Part shown: positions 13,134 to 25,900 of the stretch, one piece after another
How positions within the stretch are numbered: position 1 is the first letter of the stretch
How the letters are laid out: the number at the start of each line of letters is the position of its first letter
NCBI RefSeq assembly: GCF_006345805.1
Contig: NC_043001.1
Coordinates: 96,162,001 to 96,226,000 of the forward strand
Source of the DNA: Octopus sinensis
Lineage: Eukaryota
Length of the DNA: 64,000 bases
Direction: 5' to 3'
Translations under genes and position numbers: made by a program
The notes under the pieces: generated by a model
Told to the model about the DNA's origin: nothing
The model's database searches: none
Seen by the model: the letters and a program-made list of their open reading frames with translations, nothing else

Positions 13134-14061
13134 TGTATTTATTTATACTTTCAACCGTGAAATTAGATCTTAATACAAAGAAGTAGAACTTGAGAATCTA
13201 GCACCTTCATCCTCTTCCAAATTGCATCATAACTATTAGTGAATTAAAAACATATTCGGTAGCTAAAATACGAATTACTCTCAGAGAAGCAGTAAATTGT
13301 TTCAATCTCTTGGTTTCTCTACGAGATGCATGAAGCATTTTGTTATTAGAGCGTGTGAACAGAATGACATATTATTAACAGTAGTTACGATATTAGACTG
13401 GATAATTTCTTTTGAAATCTATTCTATCTATAACTATTGATTTCTAAGTAATTAGCGCTACATCTTCTTTTTGTGGTTCTTATTTAATCAAAAGTGTGCT
13501 TAGTTTTAGCTTACGAGGCACAGACATAAATGCAAATTTTGGTCTCTATTTAGTTTAGTTGTTCTGAAAAAAAAAATTAATGTAATTCTTATTTCAGAGT
13601 GGTATTTTGTTCATTTGCTTGATTAAATTTAATAATTAACTTTGATTTCGGCTGTTTTATTCCGAACCAATGATTCTAATCATTATAGTATTCTTTAAAA
13701 ACGTTAGTTCTTCATGAAGACAATAATTGGCAACGTGTCAAGGATTGGCTTAATTTTCAGAAAACTAGTCAATTATGAAAATAAAGAAAATTTATGATAG
13801 TGCGATAAATAGTCTATTCTTTGACAGTAATCGGCTAAAATAAATTCATAAAACGGATAATGTGTCGTTTTCTTAGCTTTATAGTTCGGACATCATATCT
13901 GTTAACGGTCTTACGAAGCAAATCTTAATATTTTTTTCTTTCAGACTACACATGTTCCATAGATAGCGAAGGAAGCAACAAGGAATGTTATTAAGGGGTT
14001 TACAATATTAAACTTTGGAGACAACAGCAACTAATTAAATAAAATAATAAGGCATCATACA

Positions 14062-14303
14062 GTTCTCATTCCTAAGGTATTTTTCCATGTTGTTATTATT
14101 ATTATCATTATTGTTGTTGTTGTTGTTGTTCAGGTCACTGCTTAGAATCGAACTCGGAATCCTGGGCTAATAGCCGCGATCTTAACCACTACGCCATATT
14201 TAATGATAATACTAATAATAATATGGCGTAGTGGTTAAGAGCGCGGGCTACTAACCCCAAGATTCCGAGTTCGATTCCATGCAGTGACCTGAACAACAAC
14301 AAC

Positions 14304-14353
<50 letters not shown>

Positions 14354-14515
14354 AATAATAACATCGAAAAATACCTTAAGAATGAGAACCCAGGTTCGAA
14401 ATTTCCCCAAGACACCTGAAAAAGGCTGGTGGGTATATCAGCCGAAACGTTGTGTTAACAACAAAGAAGATGAGGACAAATATCCGTCGAATGTAAATAA
14501 TGTAAATAATGTACT
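14062..14515 (+). mobile_element. Non-autonomous element: tRNA-like head + (AAC/AAT)n + hammerhead-bearing tail, with an inverted 5' partner copy
   Basis: A box TGGCGTAGTGG (14224), B box GAGTTCGATTCC (14267); tail matches 50427-50562; 14062-14199 is the reverse complement of the head plus start of the tail. Confidence 0.8.
14411..14456 (+). ncRNA. Type I hammerhead ribozyme motif, core G8 mutated
   Basis: GACAC-CTGAAAA-a-GGCTG..CAGCC-GAAAC-GTT-GTGTT; stems I and II pair; stem III is the palindrome AACGTT. Confidence 0.7.
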
Positions 14516-14699
14516 AATACGATTGTCGAAATGGAAAGTTTGCAAAGAGTCAGCAAAATGCTATTTGTTTTATTTTTTTCTAACTCTTTACCTTCTGATT
14601 TCAAATTCGGGCAAGGTTAACTTTGTTAATCATCCATTAGTAGGAACTGTTAAAATAAATTACTAATGAAATACGTTGACATTTCGTTAAAGAATTTAA

Positions 14700-15600
14700 A
14701 TAGGTGGTATGTTTTAGACGGTCAGTTTTGTTACTTATTTTTGGTGCTATTTAAGGTGCTTCCTCTTGTTATTTGGAAGGTGTGGGTTATTAGTCGTATA
14801 TATGGCTTTGTATAGAAATTTATTAATTCTGTGCTTTGATGTTCACACGAGGATGCGTGTAGGTTTAAGGGTTGTTCATCTCTGCTTGTCACTGGCGGTT
14901 CATTGTACAAATTTTAACATATGTAGAAGTTTTAACCGTTGTTTTTTCATAAAGTCAGAAATTGTGGAATGTGTTTGTACATTGCTTCAATTCTATTGCA
15001 AAAGCGGATAATTTAGATGTTATTTTAGACCTGTGGATATATGCGAAAGTAGGGCATTGAAAAAGTGTGTATATACTCATGTATAAAAACGGGAATAAGA
15101 ATGAAAATAAGAATTAATTTTAAAACTTGATTTAAAAATTTTTAATTTTAAATTAAAAAGATAAATCTAAAAATATAAACGAAGTGGGGATTGTAAATAA
15201 AGAAGAAACTTCCAATTTACTTGCATATAAGTATATTTCTTTGTATGCAGGTTTGTAAACTTACATTAGAAAATCTTTTGCGGGGATTTTTGGTTGTAGA
15301 TAGCGAAGCTTTTAGACAACTTCAACCGTACTTTTTTAGTGTAAAACTGTGAAAAATTTTCCATATATATTATGAGAATAGCTTATGGTGTAGGTGAATA
15401 GAAGTTGGTGAAATATTTACATGTTTAGCCGTTAGAAAAAATATTGGTTTGAAATGTTTGAGCATTTTAAAAATGTTGTGCTTGCATGAAGAGACAAATT
15501 CAAAGTTTGGGTTCAGAATTTGGTTTTTCAATGTGGTAATGTAGAAGGATTTATTCATACAAATTGGCAGGGTCTGTTGATACCTTGGTGTTTTTGTGCG
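14700..15600 (-). mobile_element. Highly decayed probable Penelope-like element (RT C-terminus/GIY-YIG)
   Basis: Broken fragments such as TDPANLYE..KFSQFYTKKVRLKLSK and SAFAIELKQCTH; many stops and frameshifts. Confidence 0.35.
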
Positions 15601-15641
15601 TGTGAGATGATTTATTAATTGATGCTAAATGGACGGAGTAC

Positions 15642-15714
<73 letters not shown>

Positions 15715-15789
15715 ATACGTATATGTATATGTATGTATGTATATGTATATATGTATATATATATATATATATAGCAGCTCAAAAAAGTC

Positions 15790-16330
15790 CGTCCGTCGTC
15801 AAAAATCAACACACCGAATAAACCGACCTAATAGACTCAAAACGAATGGCTCTCTTGAGGGCGAACTACCACCAGTTATTAACCACTGCGCCAGTTAACG
15901 CCCTCTGTACCAATTCCTTAATCCGGCCACGGTATGCCTCGCAAGTCAAAATAGACTTATTCAGCTTTCAATAGGCAGATCCTCGCTTAACTGTACTATC
16001 TATGTTCAGCCTACACTTAACCATTCTATGGTCAGTGTAAGATATTTGAACAAGATGTGGACAACTAAAACTAGCCTTATCTCTAGTTCTAATTACTATC
16101 CTAAGTAAGACTTGAACATTCCGTCTCCACTAATCCAGGTCCACACTGGGAGGTTCGGATCGTCAAGACTGTATCGATCTGCCAGCTGGAAGCGCCTAAG
16201 CAGATCCACGACATATGAGTTTATCTTCTTACTGGTCGAGCCAACACTATCGATTCGTGCGTCAAAGGTAGCGTTAAAGTCTCCTAATACCACTAAAGTC
16301 TTCAACGTCATGATAAAGTTCTCTGGTTGG
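15790..16330 (-). mobile_element. L1/Tx1-clade LINE, APE endonuclease fragment
   Basis: VVLGDFNATFDARID..PVWTW..SYL..TDHRMV..Y*KLN: GDFN, SDH-like and WKLN motifs. Confidence 0.8.
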
Positions 16331-16430
16331 TACTGGGCTTCGTATAATTTACCCCAGTGTCACGTTGATTGCATGCAGCTCCCTCACATTCAATATTATA
16401 AATAATAATAATAATAATGATAATAATAAT

Positions 16431-16480
<50 letters not shown>

Positions 16481-16520
16481 TAATAATAATAACAATAATA
16501 ATAATAGCAATAATAATAAT
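16331..16520 (+). mobile_element. Short 3' end of the TAA-embedded element plus (AAT)n tail
   Basis: TACTGGGCTTCGTATA..CCCCAGTGTCAC matches the 3' end of 26175-26639. Confidence 0.75.
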
Positions 16521-17469
16521 AATGAAAGTAATGGAGAAACTAACAAAAAAGACCTGGAAATAGAGGTAGCTCGATGTGGAATCTAAAAACAAACAATTCC
16601 TATCATAGTAGGCGTATTAGGTATGATAATGAAAAATATTCAGACAAATACATAACCAGAACACCAGTACTTATGAATATATATAACATACAGAAAATCG
16701 CACTACTGAGCCACGCACACATCCTACGCAAAACACTTTCAATACAGTGACCATAAGAGCATAACAACAAAGCACAGCACATACCCAAAGCAGAAAGTGA
16801 AGTGTAAGCACGCTATAAAAATAAACTACTGAGCAATAATAATAATAATAATAATAATAATAGTTTCAGATATCGGCGAGGGGTACGTTGATTACGTCGA
16901 CCACAATAGTCAATTGGTACATGCTTTATCGACCTCGAAAGGATGAAAGGCAGATTCGACCACGGCAAACTTTGATCTCAGAACATGAGACAGATAGAAT
17001 GCCGTTAATTATTTTGCACGACGAGCTAACGATCCTGCCAAATCGCCACCTGTCATAATGATGATATTCCTTTCCACTAAATGCACAAGACCTGAAATAT
17101 TAGGGGAGGGGACTAGTTAATTAAATCGACACCAGTGTTTCACTGGTGCTTATTTTATTGAACCCCGAAAGATGAATTGGTGGCATTTCAACTTAGAACG
17201 TAAAGAATGTTGTTCGATGCTCAAACAGTTCTGCCATATCACCGCGTTAATAATAACAATAATAATCACTTCCACAATAGGCGCAAGGCCTGGAGTTTTG
17301 TTGAAGGTGGGGCGTTGATAACATCAATCTCAGTTCTCAACTGGTATTTATATTATTGATCCCGAAGGGAGGAAATGCCAACTTGATATCGCCACCATTT
17401 GAACTCAGAACTTCAAGAGTAAGAAAAAATGCTGCGAAGCAAATTGTCAGATTCTACCATCTTACCACA

Positions 17470-17843
17470 TCTCTCTATATATAAACGGCAGTTTGTCTGT
17501 GCGTGTTTCTGTGTGTCTGTTTGCTTGTACCCTCACCCTGACCACGGCTTTCAACCGATTCTGATGAAACTTAACACACACATAGCCCAACGTCATAATT
17601 CAAAACTAACGCAGCCAAAATTTTGAAAAGTTCCGCCAGTTCTGAAAAAAATCGATAAATTCGACATGGGGTCGAGAATCAGAAACACGAACCACAAACT
17701 GTCTAGGGGACGCAACTCCATCCTTTTTTAACTCTCAAAAAAAAAATTACCATATATTTTTCCATTTTTTGGCTATAACTCTCTAAAAATGCTTTATAGT
17801 TATTTCCCTTACAAACCTGAGCAACGCCGGGCGATACTGCTAG
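17470..17843 (+). mobile_element. Non-autonomous Helitron
   Basis: 5' TC(TCTCTATATATAAA); 3' hairpin CCTGAGCAACGCCGGG then CTAG; inserted at A|T; no TSD. Confidence 0.75.
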
Positions 17844-18080
17844 TTAATAATAATCCTACCTACTTTAGACACAAGGCTTGAGATTTCGGTGGCGGGGATA
17901 ATTGCTTACATCGGCCCCAGTATTCAACTAGTACTTGTTTTATCGACCCAGAAAGGATGAAAAAGGTACAATGCCCGACATTTTAGATCGACCCCAGTAC
18001 GCAACCGGTACTTCATTTATCGACTTCGAAAGGATGAAACGCAAATTTGAACTCAGAACGTTAAGACAGACGAAATACCT

Positions 18081-18312
18081 ATTTCTTTACTGCCTACAAG
18101 GGACTACACACAGAGGGGACAAACAAGGACAGACAAACTGATTAAGTCGATTATATCGACCCCAGTGCGTAACTAGTACTTAATTTATTGACCTCGAAAG
18201 GATGAAAGGCAAAGTCGACCTCGGCGGAATTTGAACTCAGAACATAACGGCAGACGAAATACTGGTAAGCATTTCTCCCGGCGTGCTAACGTTTCTGCCG
18301 GATCGCCGCCTT
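18081..18312 (-). mobile_element. SINE family A long form, inserted into another family A copy
   Basis: 3' end AAAGAAAT joins AGGTATTTCGTCTG of the host SINE. Confidence 0.85.
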
Positions 18313-18946
18313 AAAAATCCAATAATCTTTTCCATTCTAGGCACAAGGCCCGAAATTTATGTGGAGGAGCCGGTCGATTAGATCAAATCCAGTACACAAC
18401 GGGTATTTAATTTATATTTGTCTTGCTTTATCCGGAGGTGACAATAAAATGAAATAACCAGTGTTCATTTTGGCCAATTACAGTAACTATGGTATTTTCA
18501 AATCTGTAGCTTTTTATTTTTTTTCGAATGAGAGAAATCAAAAGTAAGATGTATAAGAAGATACATACTAACAGAAATACACCGGAACACTTATAGTGAC
18601 TACTATGAATAATTAGGTAAAAATAAGAAGAACAAAAGCTATAGATTTAAACATTATCACGCTTTTCATGACTGGAGGTATGATTTGCAAAATTAAGCTA
18701 CGGATAATGCTTTCGCATTCCAACACGAAACCATAATTAGAATCGTCCACACATACACACACAACACACATGTCCATGAAGAATAGATGGAAAGGGAGAG
18801 AAAGAGGGCGAGAATATATGAAAAGCAAACACACACAGAAACTCTCTTTACATAAATATATATATATATATACATTTACATACATTTATACGTCTGAGTG
18901 TGTACACAGAAACATATACGCTCACACGCACACTCATCTATATGTG

Positions 18947-18985
<39 letters not shown>

Positions 18986-20603
18986 AGGTAGGTATACACA
19001 CAGGCGCTCACGCACGCACACAAGTATATATATATCAATTAATTATTTTAATAAAACTCTCTCCAATTTTATTTTCCATTATAAAATAAATGATCGATAG
19101 TAACGCTGAAACGAAAAAAAAAATCAATATAAATAATATGAATATACATGTCTGAGTTGTTTGGGAAAGTAGAATAAAATTACTCTTGAAAATTAAAATG
19201 TTTGTTACTTTGCATTACTTTTTCTGGTTTACTAAATGTGGTTTAACATTGGAGCAATTGTTTACGGTGCAAGATGAAATTTGTGCATCTAAGATAAAAC
19301 GAACACAAATGGACGTGAAAGGAAACGCATACGAATGGACCTGGAAGGAAACACAAACATCCTTTCAAACCTAAGCAACATTATTGACATTGTATAAACC
19401 CAAATATCAATATCTGAAAATTATTTCGTATTATTTTTGTTGTTGTTCTTGTTTGGCTGGCCCTAGTCAGCTTTACTCGAGCAGACAAAGTACAGCCAGG
19501 CCTAACTTGCGAGCTGGTATATCACGTTAGACTCTGCTATGATTTCATTAAATTCTTTTAGAAATTTCTGCTCTTGCAAACAGTTTAAACACTGACTCGG
19601 GACACTCACTCTTGGGTCAACGGAATGTGCAGGATGTGTCATGTAGTAGGATACATGACTACACTAGCAACTTACTGGCGCGTATTACGGCTGAGTAGAT
19701 TGTAGTTATATAAGATGGAATGCATTGCCCAAGGGCAAAACGTCCTTCCGTACCCGGAATTGAACTCATAGTGCTATGATTAGGAACCAAACAAACTAAC
19801 CAGTAGTACAGTATGACACAAGCAAATCTTTATTTAAATGCATTCCAATCCTGATAATTTGACTATCACTTATTCTTCAGACAATATATACTGGGTGGCC
19901 TTATAAATTGAGTCCATGGTTGGGTGTAATTTGAGGGAAATTTTATGGTTATTTCTAGGAAGTAGGGTGACCCCACAAAATTCCATAATTGGTTTTTTTC
20001 ACAAATAATATGTGGCAGTGGTTTCGGCACAGGTAAATCCTGAAGGTGCCCGCGTAAGTCAAAAGCGTTTCAGATCACCTATTTTCTGGCCGTGGATTAC
20101 TCTATCTAATATATACTTTATGTTTTACAAGACACTAAACTAATTTTGGAGTGATTTGACTGTTATTTCTGGTACGACTAGCAACCACATGTGAGTATCG
20201 CCCGCTGGCTCGAAATATTGCGTATTAATTCGAATAGGAGCGGAAATGAGACGTCAGCTCTGAAGGCTTAATGTTACACACCATGAAGGCATACATGCTA
20301 CAATAATTTTGCATTGGCCGTCTAGAATTTCTTTCTCACCTATATCGTTTAGTGGAGTCTACCTCTACGAGATAAAAATACAAACAAGCCAAAATGATGT
20401 TTTACAAACGCTGCAAATTTTATGGATGTCACATCTTTCTTCTGACATCCATCAGAAAAATATGATATTTACATATTTTTATGAATTCGAAATTTCTTAA
20501 CAGAGAAGTCATAGCATTTATTGATATTTTTAAACAAAAACCCATAAGCAGTTGTAATTTTGTTTTCTATCATATCTTTTATTCATCATATTTCATATTA
20601 AAT

Positions 20604-20790
20604 TAAGGCGGTGATCTGACAAAATCGTTTGCACTCCGGGCGAAATGCTTAGTGGTATGTTGTCTGCCGTTATGATCTGAGTTCAAATTCCGCAGAGGTC
20701 GACTTTGCCTTTCATCCTTTCGGGGTCGATAAATGAAAGGCAAAGTCGACCTCGGTGAAATTTGAACTCAGAACGTAGCGGCAGACAAAA
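20604..20790. mobile_element. Fold-back SINE family A (plus half followed by inverted half)
   Basis: About 20670-20720 is reverse-complemented at 20733-20790. Confidence 0.8.
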
Positions 20791-21428
20791 ACACACTTGA
20801 ATATATTTAAACTTGCTTAGGAAGTTCTACATGAATAAATTCTAAACAATAACACGATGGTCTCACCCACCAGAGATGTCGTATGAAGTGTTCAGCTACT
20901 TACTGTACGACCTGCACAAATGATTTGCTTATAGTGATCCTAATGTGTGTGCTGCACACTGGCTCACGCCCTCCATCAGATTGACGTTGCTGAACAAGTG
21001 CACGGTGTACCAGATGACATATGGCGAAGTGATCGCAGAGCAACGTGAGATAAAGGGTTTTGCTCAAGAACACAACGCGCCCCCGGTCTAGGAAATGAAG
21101 TCGAGGTCTCACGATCGTGAATGCAACACCGTAACCCCTCGGTCATGTGGCCTGAAAGACAATTATATAGCGCCAATTTAGTCAATAAAAGTTCCTCCAC
21201 ACATTTTCCCATCAACATCCACTCTCCTACGTAATTACCAATGCACTCAAACCCACATAATCAACGAAGTGTTTTATCTCAACAGATTATATAAAGCCAA
21301 GATTAACTGCAATGCGCCGCAGTCCGATGATGACTTAGCTGAGAGAATCGTCGAAGTCACTGTCAACAATATTCTTGTTCAAGAATGATACACACATACA
21401 TACATATATATATAAATATATATACGTG

Positions 21429-21463
<35 letters not shown>

Positions 21464-21574
21464 ATATATGTATACATATATATGTATATGTATATATATA
21501 TATATGTTCGTGTGTATGTATGCGTGTATAGATGTTCGTGTTTATGTAATATGTGGCAATTATTCGGTAGCCAT

Positions 21575-21635
21575 GATAAAACTCTGAGTTTCGGATGGCG
21601 GGATGGAAATCCACGCCGCCATCTCTTCAGTTATC
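21575..21635 (-). ncRNA. Type I hammerhead ribozyme, canonical core
   Basis: GATAA-CTGAAGA-GATGGCG..CGCCATC-c-GAAACTCAGAGT-T-TTATC; stems I (5 bp), II (7 bp) and III; GUU cleavage site. Confidence 0.75.
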
Positions 21636-22364
21636 CGGCCATCGGAAAAAATGCTATGAAAATATACATGTGTGTGTGTGTGGTGTGTGTGTGTGTGTGT
21701 GTATTATGAATATAGCATTATTCATTTTGCCAAAATCATCATTTACGAAAATATGTAGTTCTTTTATCGTTAGTTATATCCAGCGATGGATAACTTTCGA
21801 TAACCTTACATACCTTTCTGCCATTACATTAATAACATTTCCTCACATGGACGCAATCCTTCAGGTGTACATAGTGAGATAACTGGATATTGTGACAGCA
21901 TGATTTTAAATTGCAAGTGACGCAAAGATTCCGTTAACTTAGAATTGATACCATGTCAAAGATTATAATCGTCAAAGGCTTTGCTTTGGGGGTTTTGACG
22001 TTCGCCCCTGGACTTATTCCAGTATATTGGTTTATTTTATTTACGGACTGCGAAAGGACAAGTCTGACTTTCATGTATTTCACAAAATTATAAAACGCCT
22101 CAAGTAAAATAAATTCGCTTCAATATAAGACGGGTATTTCAACATTTATTCTAAAATATTGATTTCTTTCAGACACACGAGGACGTTTATTTCAGGTGAT
22201 TGTATACGTAGCCTCATGATTCTCTGATAGTTTATAACTGGTTCTTAGTGATCAACTTTTCGAGAATGAACGTTAAAGTCCGTCTTGCTGGGATTATTTT
22301 TGGAATTGAAAGGGAATAAACGAGGTAGTTTAGTACATCATTTAATAATCATATATACATTCTA

Positions 22365-22648
22365 CTCGCGGTCGGAGGATCGCGGTCTCGATTCCTAGAC
22401 CGGGCGTTGTGTGTGTTCATTGAGCGAAAACGCCTAAAGCTCTACGTGACTCCGGCAGAGGGTGGTGGTGACCCCTGTTGAGCACTTTCGTCCCAAATTT
22501 TTCTCATTCTTTCTTCCTGTTTCTTGAGTAACGCTGCGATGGACTGGCGTCCCGTCCAGCTAGGGGCAGGAAACACAAACGCAACAGACACCGGGAAACC
22601 GGGCCCATGAGTCTGGTTAGGCTTCAAAGGGCCCATAAATAAATAAAA
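22365..22648 (+). mobile_element. SINE family C, 5'-truncated (tail type 4)
   Basis: 12 bp TSD ATATACATTCTA; tail contains GCGATGGACTGGCGTCCCGTCCAG. Confidence 0.8.
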
Positions 22649-22668
22649 ATATACATTCTAGAATACCT

Positions 22669-22899
22669 ATTTCTTTACTACCCACAAAGGGCTAAACATA
22701 GAGGGGACAAACAAGGACAGACAAACGGATTAAGTCGATTACATCGACCTCAGTGCGTAACTGGTACGTAATTTATCGACCCCGAAAGGATGAAAGGCAA
22801 AGTCGACCTCGGCGGAATTTGAACTCAGAACGTAGCGGCAGACAAAATACGGCTATGCATTTTGTCCGGCGTGCTAACGTTTCTGCCAGCTCGCGGCCT
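22669..22899 (-). mobile_element. SINE family A long form with 16 bp TSD
   Basis: TTCTAGAATACCTATT on both flanks. Confidence 0.88.
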
Positions 22900-22989
22900 T
22901 TCTAGAATACCTATTCGATAAAACTGTCGAGGTTGAACTTTTATAGACGGACACTATGCTGAATCTCGTCAGATTTGTATGTATGTATT

Positions 22990-25900
22990 TGTGTATTTAG
23001 TAGTGCAATATTAAAATTTGATCGTGCTGTGTTGTGTTGTAAGCATGCAAGGGGATATAGCCTGTACGAGCAGTAAATGTTAAGTGCCATGCTCTTAAGT
23101 ATAGACCAGGCAAGCCTAAGGTGATATAACTGGTTTGTCGGGTGCCAGTGATTTGAAGTTCTTTAATAGGGCACATCTCTGGTTTTAGGGAATGATGTTA
23201 TCTTTTATGACTGCATTAAATGATTTTATTGGCGCTTCGCCATTAATTCTTCTGCTATTATGACCGCAAAACGCTTATGAGCTCCAAGAGAGATTTCGGC
23301 AACAGTCATAAATTGAGCATCACTCTCATTCCCTTTACTGTGCTCTCTCACATACCCCTATTCTCTCACTTTGCTGTTTGTCGAATACCACCTATATACA
23401 AAAAGACCTGTTCTTACATGACTCCAGACGTCGACAATTCACAGAAACTCTAAGTGTGTAACATATACAATTTAATGATTCAGTGGAGTTTATCTCAGTC
23501 GTGAATTACTCCCCCGTAGCGCTGCCAAATCAAAGATTTTTAGAAATTAATAAGTTATTATTCGGTCCGAAAGTCCTGCAGAACAGTCCTTTCGTTTTCT
23601 ATGAACTTACAAAACTTTGCCAATCTTAATCCAATGGCTGTTTTCTGAACGAAATGCCATTTGTTGTTGACGATTGTACCACTCAACGCCCACTTAACTA
23701 ATTCACTAATTCTTTTTCTGTAAGCTTCGCGCTCTGGGTGCGACGCGCTCAGCTACCAATAGCCGGCTACATATGGACAACCTATCTTATCCCCATCTGC
23801 TGCTCCACGGAATAGTCTATCTAGATACGATCAGAATCTTCAGATGCTGTTTTTCCATCTCCACACTGGCACATTCAGATAATCCATTGAGTTACAATAT
23901 CTGAGTAGGTTTCCCAGGTTTTGTATTCTATCTCCAATCTGCCAACCCCACACAATCCAAGCGTTCATTCAAGATAGCGTCATGTTGCCTAATACTAGAA
24001 GGCGGTGAAAAAGAAGCCTGAAAAAATCCGGCTATTCTATCCCTGTCGCAGAGCAAATGGCTACTAGCCTGAAAGCCTATTGCTCACATTATAGACCACC
24101 AACCCTGAAGGTTGTCCATATCGCGACTTCCATACGCTTTCAAAATAACACAACAATCCCGATCCTGTCATCACAGAAAATAAGCATGAAATGAGATAGA
24201 TCAAAAACCCTGATCTGGCTGGTGGCTATCACATCTCCATCTAATGACCTGAGATCATTGGGCATGTAACCCTGCTTTGAAAGTGATCCAGTGCTTCGTG
24301 TGCTTACACGACCTACTCCGGAGTAGGCCACATTCGAAGAACAAGGAAGGTTCGAAAGTATCACTTACCTTATTCCTTTGGAAGGGAGGTGTTTCGTCCT
24401 TCCAACTGGTTGTAGTTGTTTCCCCAAGCAACTATCTCGTCTTTTGTTCATATTTCGCCTGAATTATTCTACTCCTTTTGGGCATTTATTCTCTATGATG
24501 TATATGATATGGCTAAGTATTTATGTGCGTTGCAATGCTATTATTTTATATCGTGTAGTTATTGTGTAATATGCGTGTGTTTGTGTTTGTGATCTATTAG
24601 TTATTTACTGCTTGAGAGTTTACGACCGTTCAGTTAATGATACATTTGTTTGTGATATTGCGCGCGATCTGAACGTTGTGTATGTGAATTGGTTTGTGTT
24701 TGTAATGGTGGTCTCTATGATAACGGTGTTAGTGTTGATGCATCCTTCCCAAAAAGACATATCCATTCCCCTTTTGTCCATTTCTGCCAGTATTTTACGA
24801 CTGTGATTTGTTTCTTTTTCTTTTCTTTACATCCGTAACTGTGTGTTATTTAGGCTACTCACCGTTATCTTCATCAGATGAGGAGGGACATGTCTTGGGT
24901 GAGGTGTCATTGTCCCTTTGTTCTTTAATATTATTGCTGGGAGGCCTTCAGTCACTGTTGTTGTTGCTGCTGTTTCCACTATTAGGGTTGTTGTTACTGT
25001 TTGTTTGTTGAGCGAAGCGGTCTTCGTCCCAGAACTCGCAAGATCGCGCCTCAGGATTGTCTGTAATGGGAGAAGTCCGAAACGTGGTCCTTTGCTATTC
25101 GTAAGACCCGCAGAAGAGAAAGCATGTCAACTCCCGACACCGAGAGCATCTAAGGATGAATGAATGCGCATCCAGGCTCAGCGGTTGCGTAGGAAGTCGG
25201 GGACAAGAAACAAGAAGAAAGAGTTTGAGACACTTGGAGCGAAAGAGTACAACAGGGGTCGCCACCACTCCCTGCTGGAGCATCGTGGAGCTTCAGGTGT
25301 TTTCGCGCAATAAACACACACAACGCCCGGTCTAGGAATCGAAACCGCGATCATCCGACCGCGAGTCCGCTGCCCTAAACATTGGGCCATTGCGCCTCCA
25401 CTGTTGTTGCTGTTGTTATACCGGTGCTGCTTCGAGTCTTTAAGATGGTGATGCAATCACTGTTGCTGCTTTTGCGCGTTGTTTATATAGATGCTGATGT
25501 TGTTTGCACTTTGGTTGCTGTTGTAGTTGTTGGCGTTCAAGTAGTTGTGCTTACTGTAGTTCAAGAATTCTTTCTGTCATTTTCTGTTGTTTTTATTGGA
25601 GAAGAAGGCTTTGAGGTGGTTATTGCTTCCACAGTTGTAACATCGAGGTCTTCTCTCTTTCACAACCACTTGTAGTTGCTGAGATCTTGGTATGTCTTTA
25701 AAGTTGGTGATTTTGTACAGTGTTTCAGGACTTCAATCAAAATCTCCAATCCCATCCTAGTCCAAAATTCATTACAGAATCTATTTTTTATTGTGTGCTA
25801 GGGTCTTCCAAAACTCCACATTCTCCGACCACCAGAATGCTTGTCCTTAATACAGGTTTCAGACTTTTCCTGGAGTCACTTTGAGTCCTAGATAAATTAC

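Noticed and set aside
13946-14000. Terminal exon candidate (D)YTCSIDSEGSNKECY* after a strong acceptor
   Set aside because: Very short, with no linkable upstream exon or homology; the nearby donor-like site belongs to the repeat at 14062
14221-14292. tRNA gene call for SINE heads (also families A, B, C)
   Set aside because: A and B boxes are present but there is no complete cloverleaf or acceptor stem, and each head is fused to repeat tails
25050-25092. GGA-gaag-TCC-GAAACGT hairpin
   Set aside because: No CUGANGA, a G at the cleavage position, and it lies inside the Tx1 ORF1 remnant
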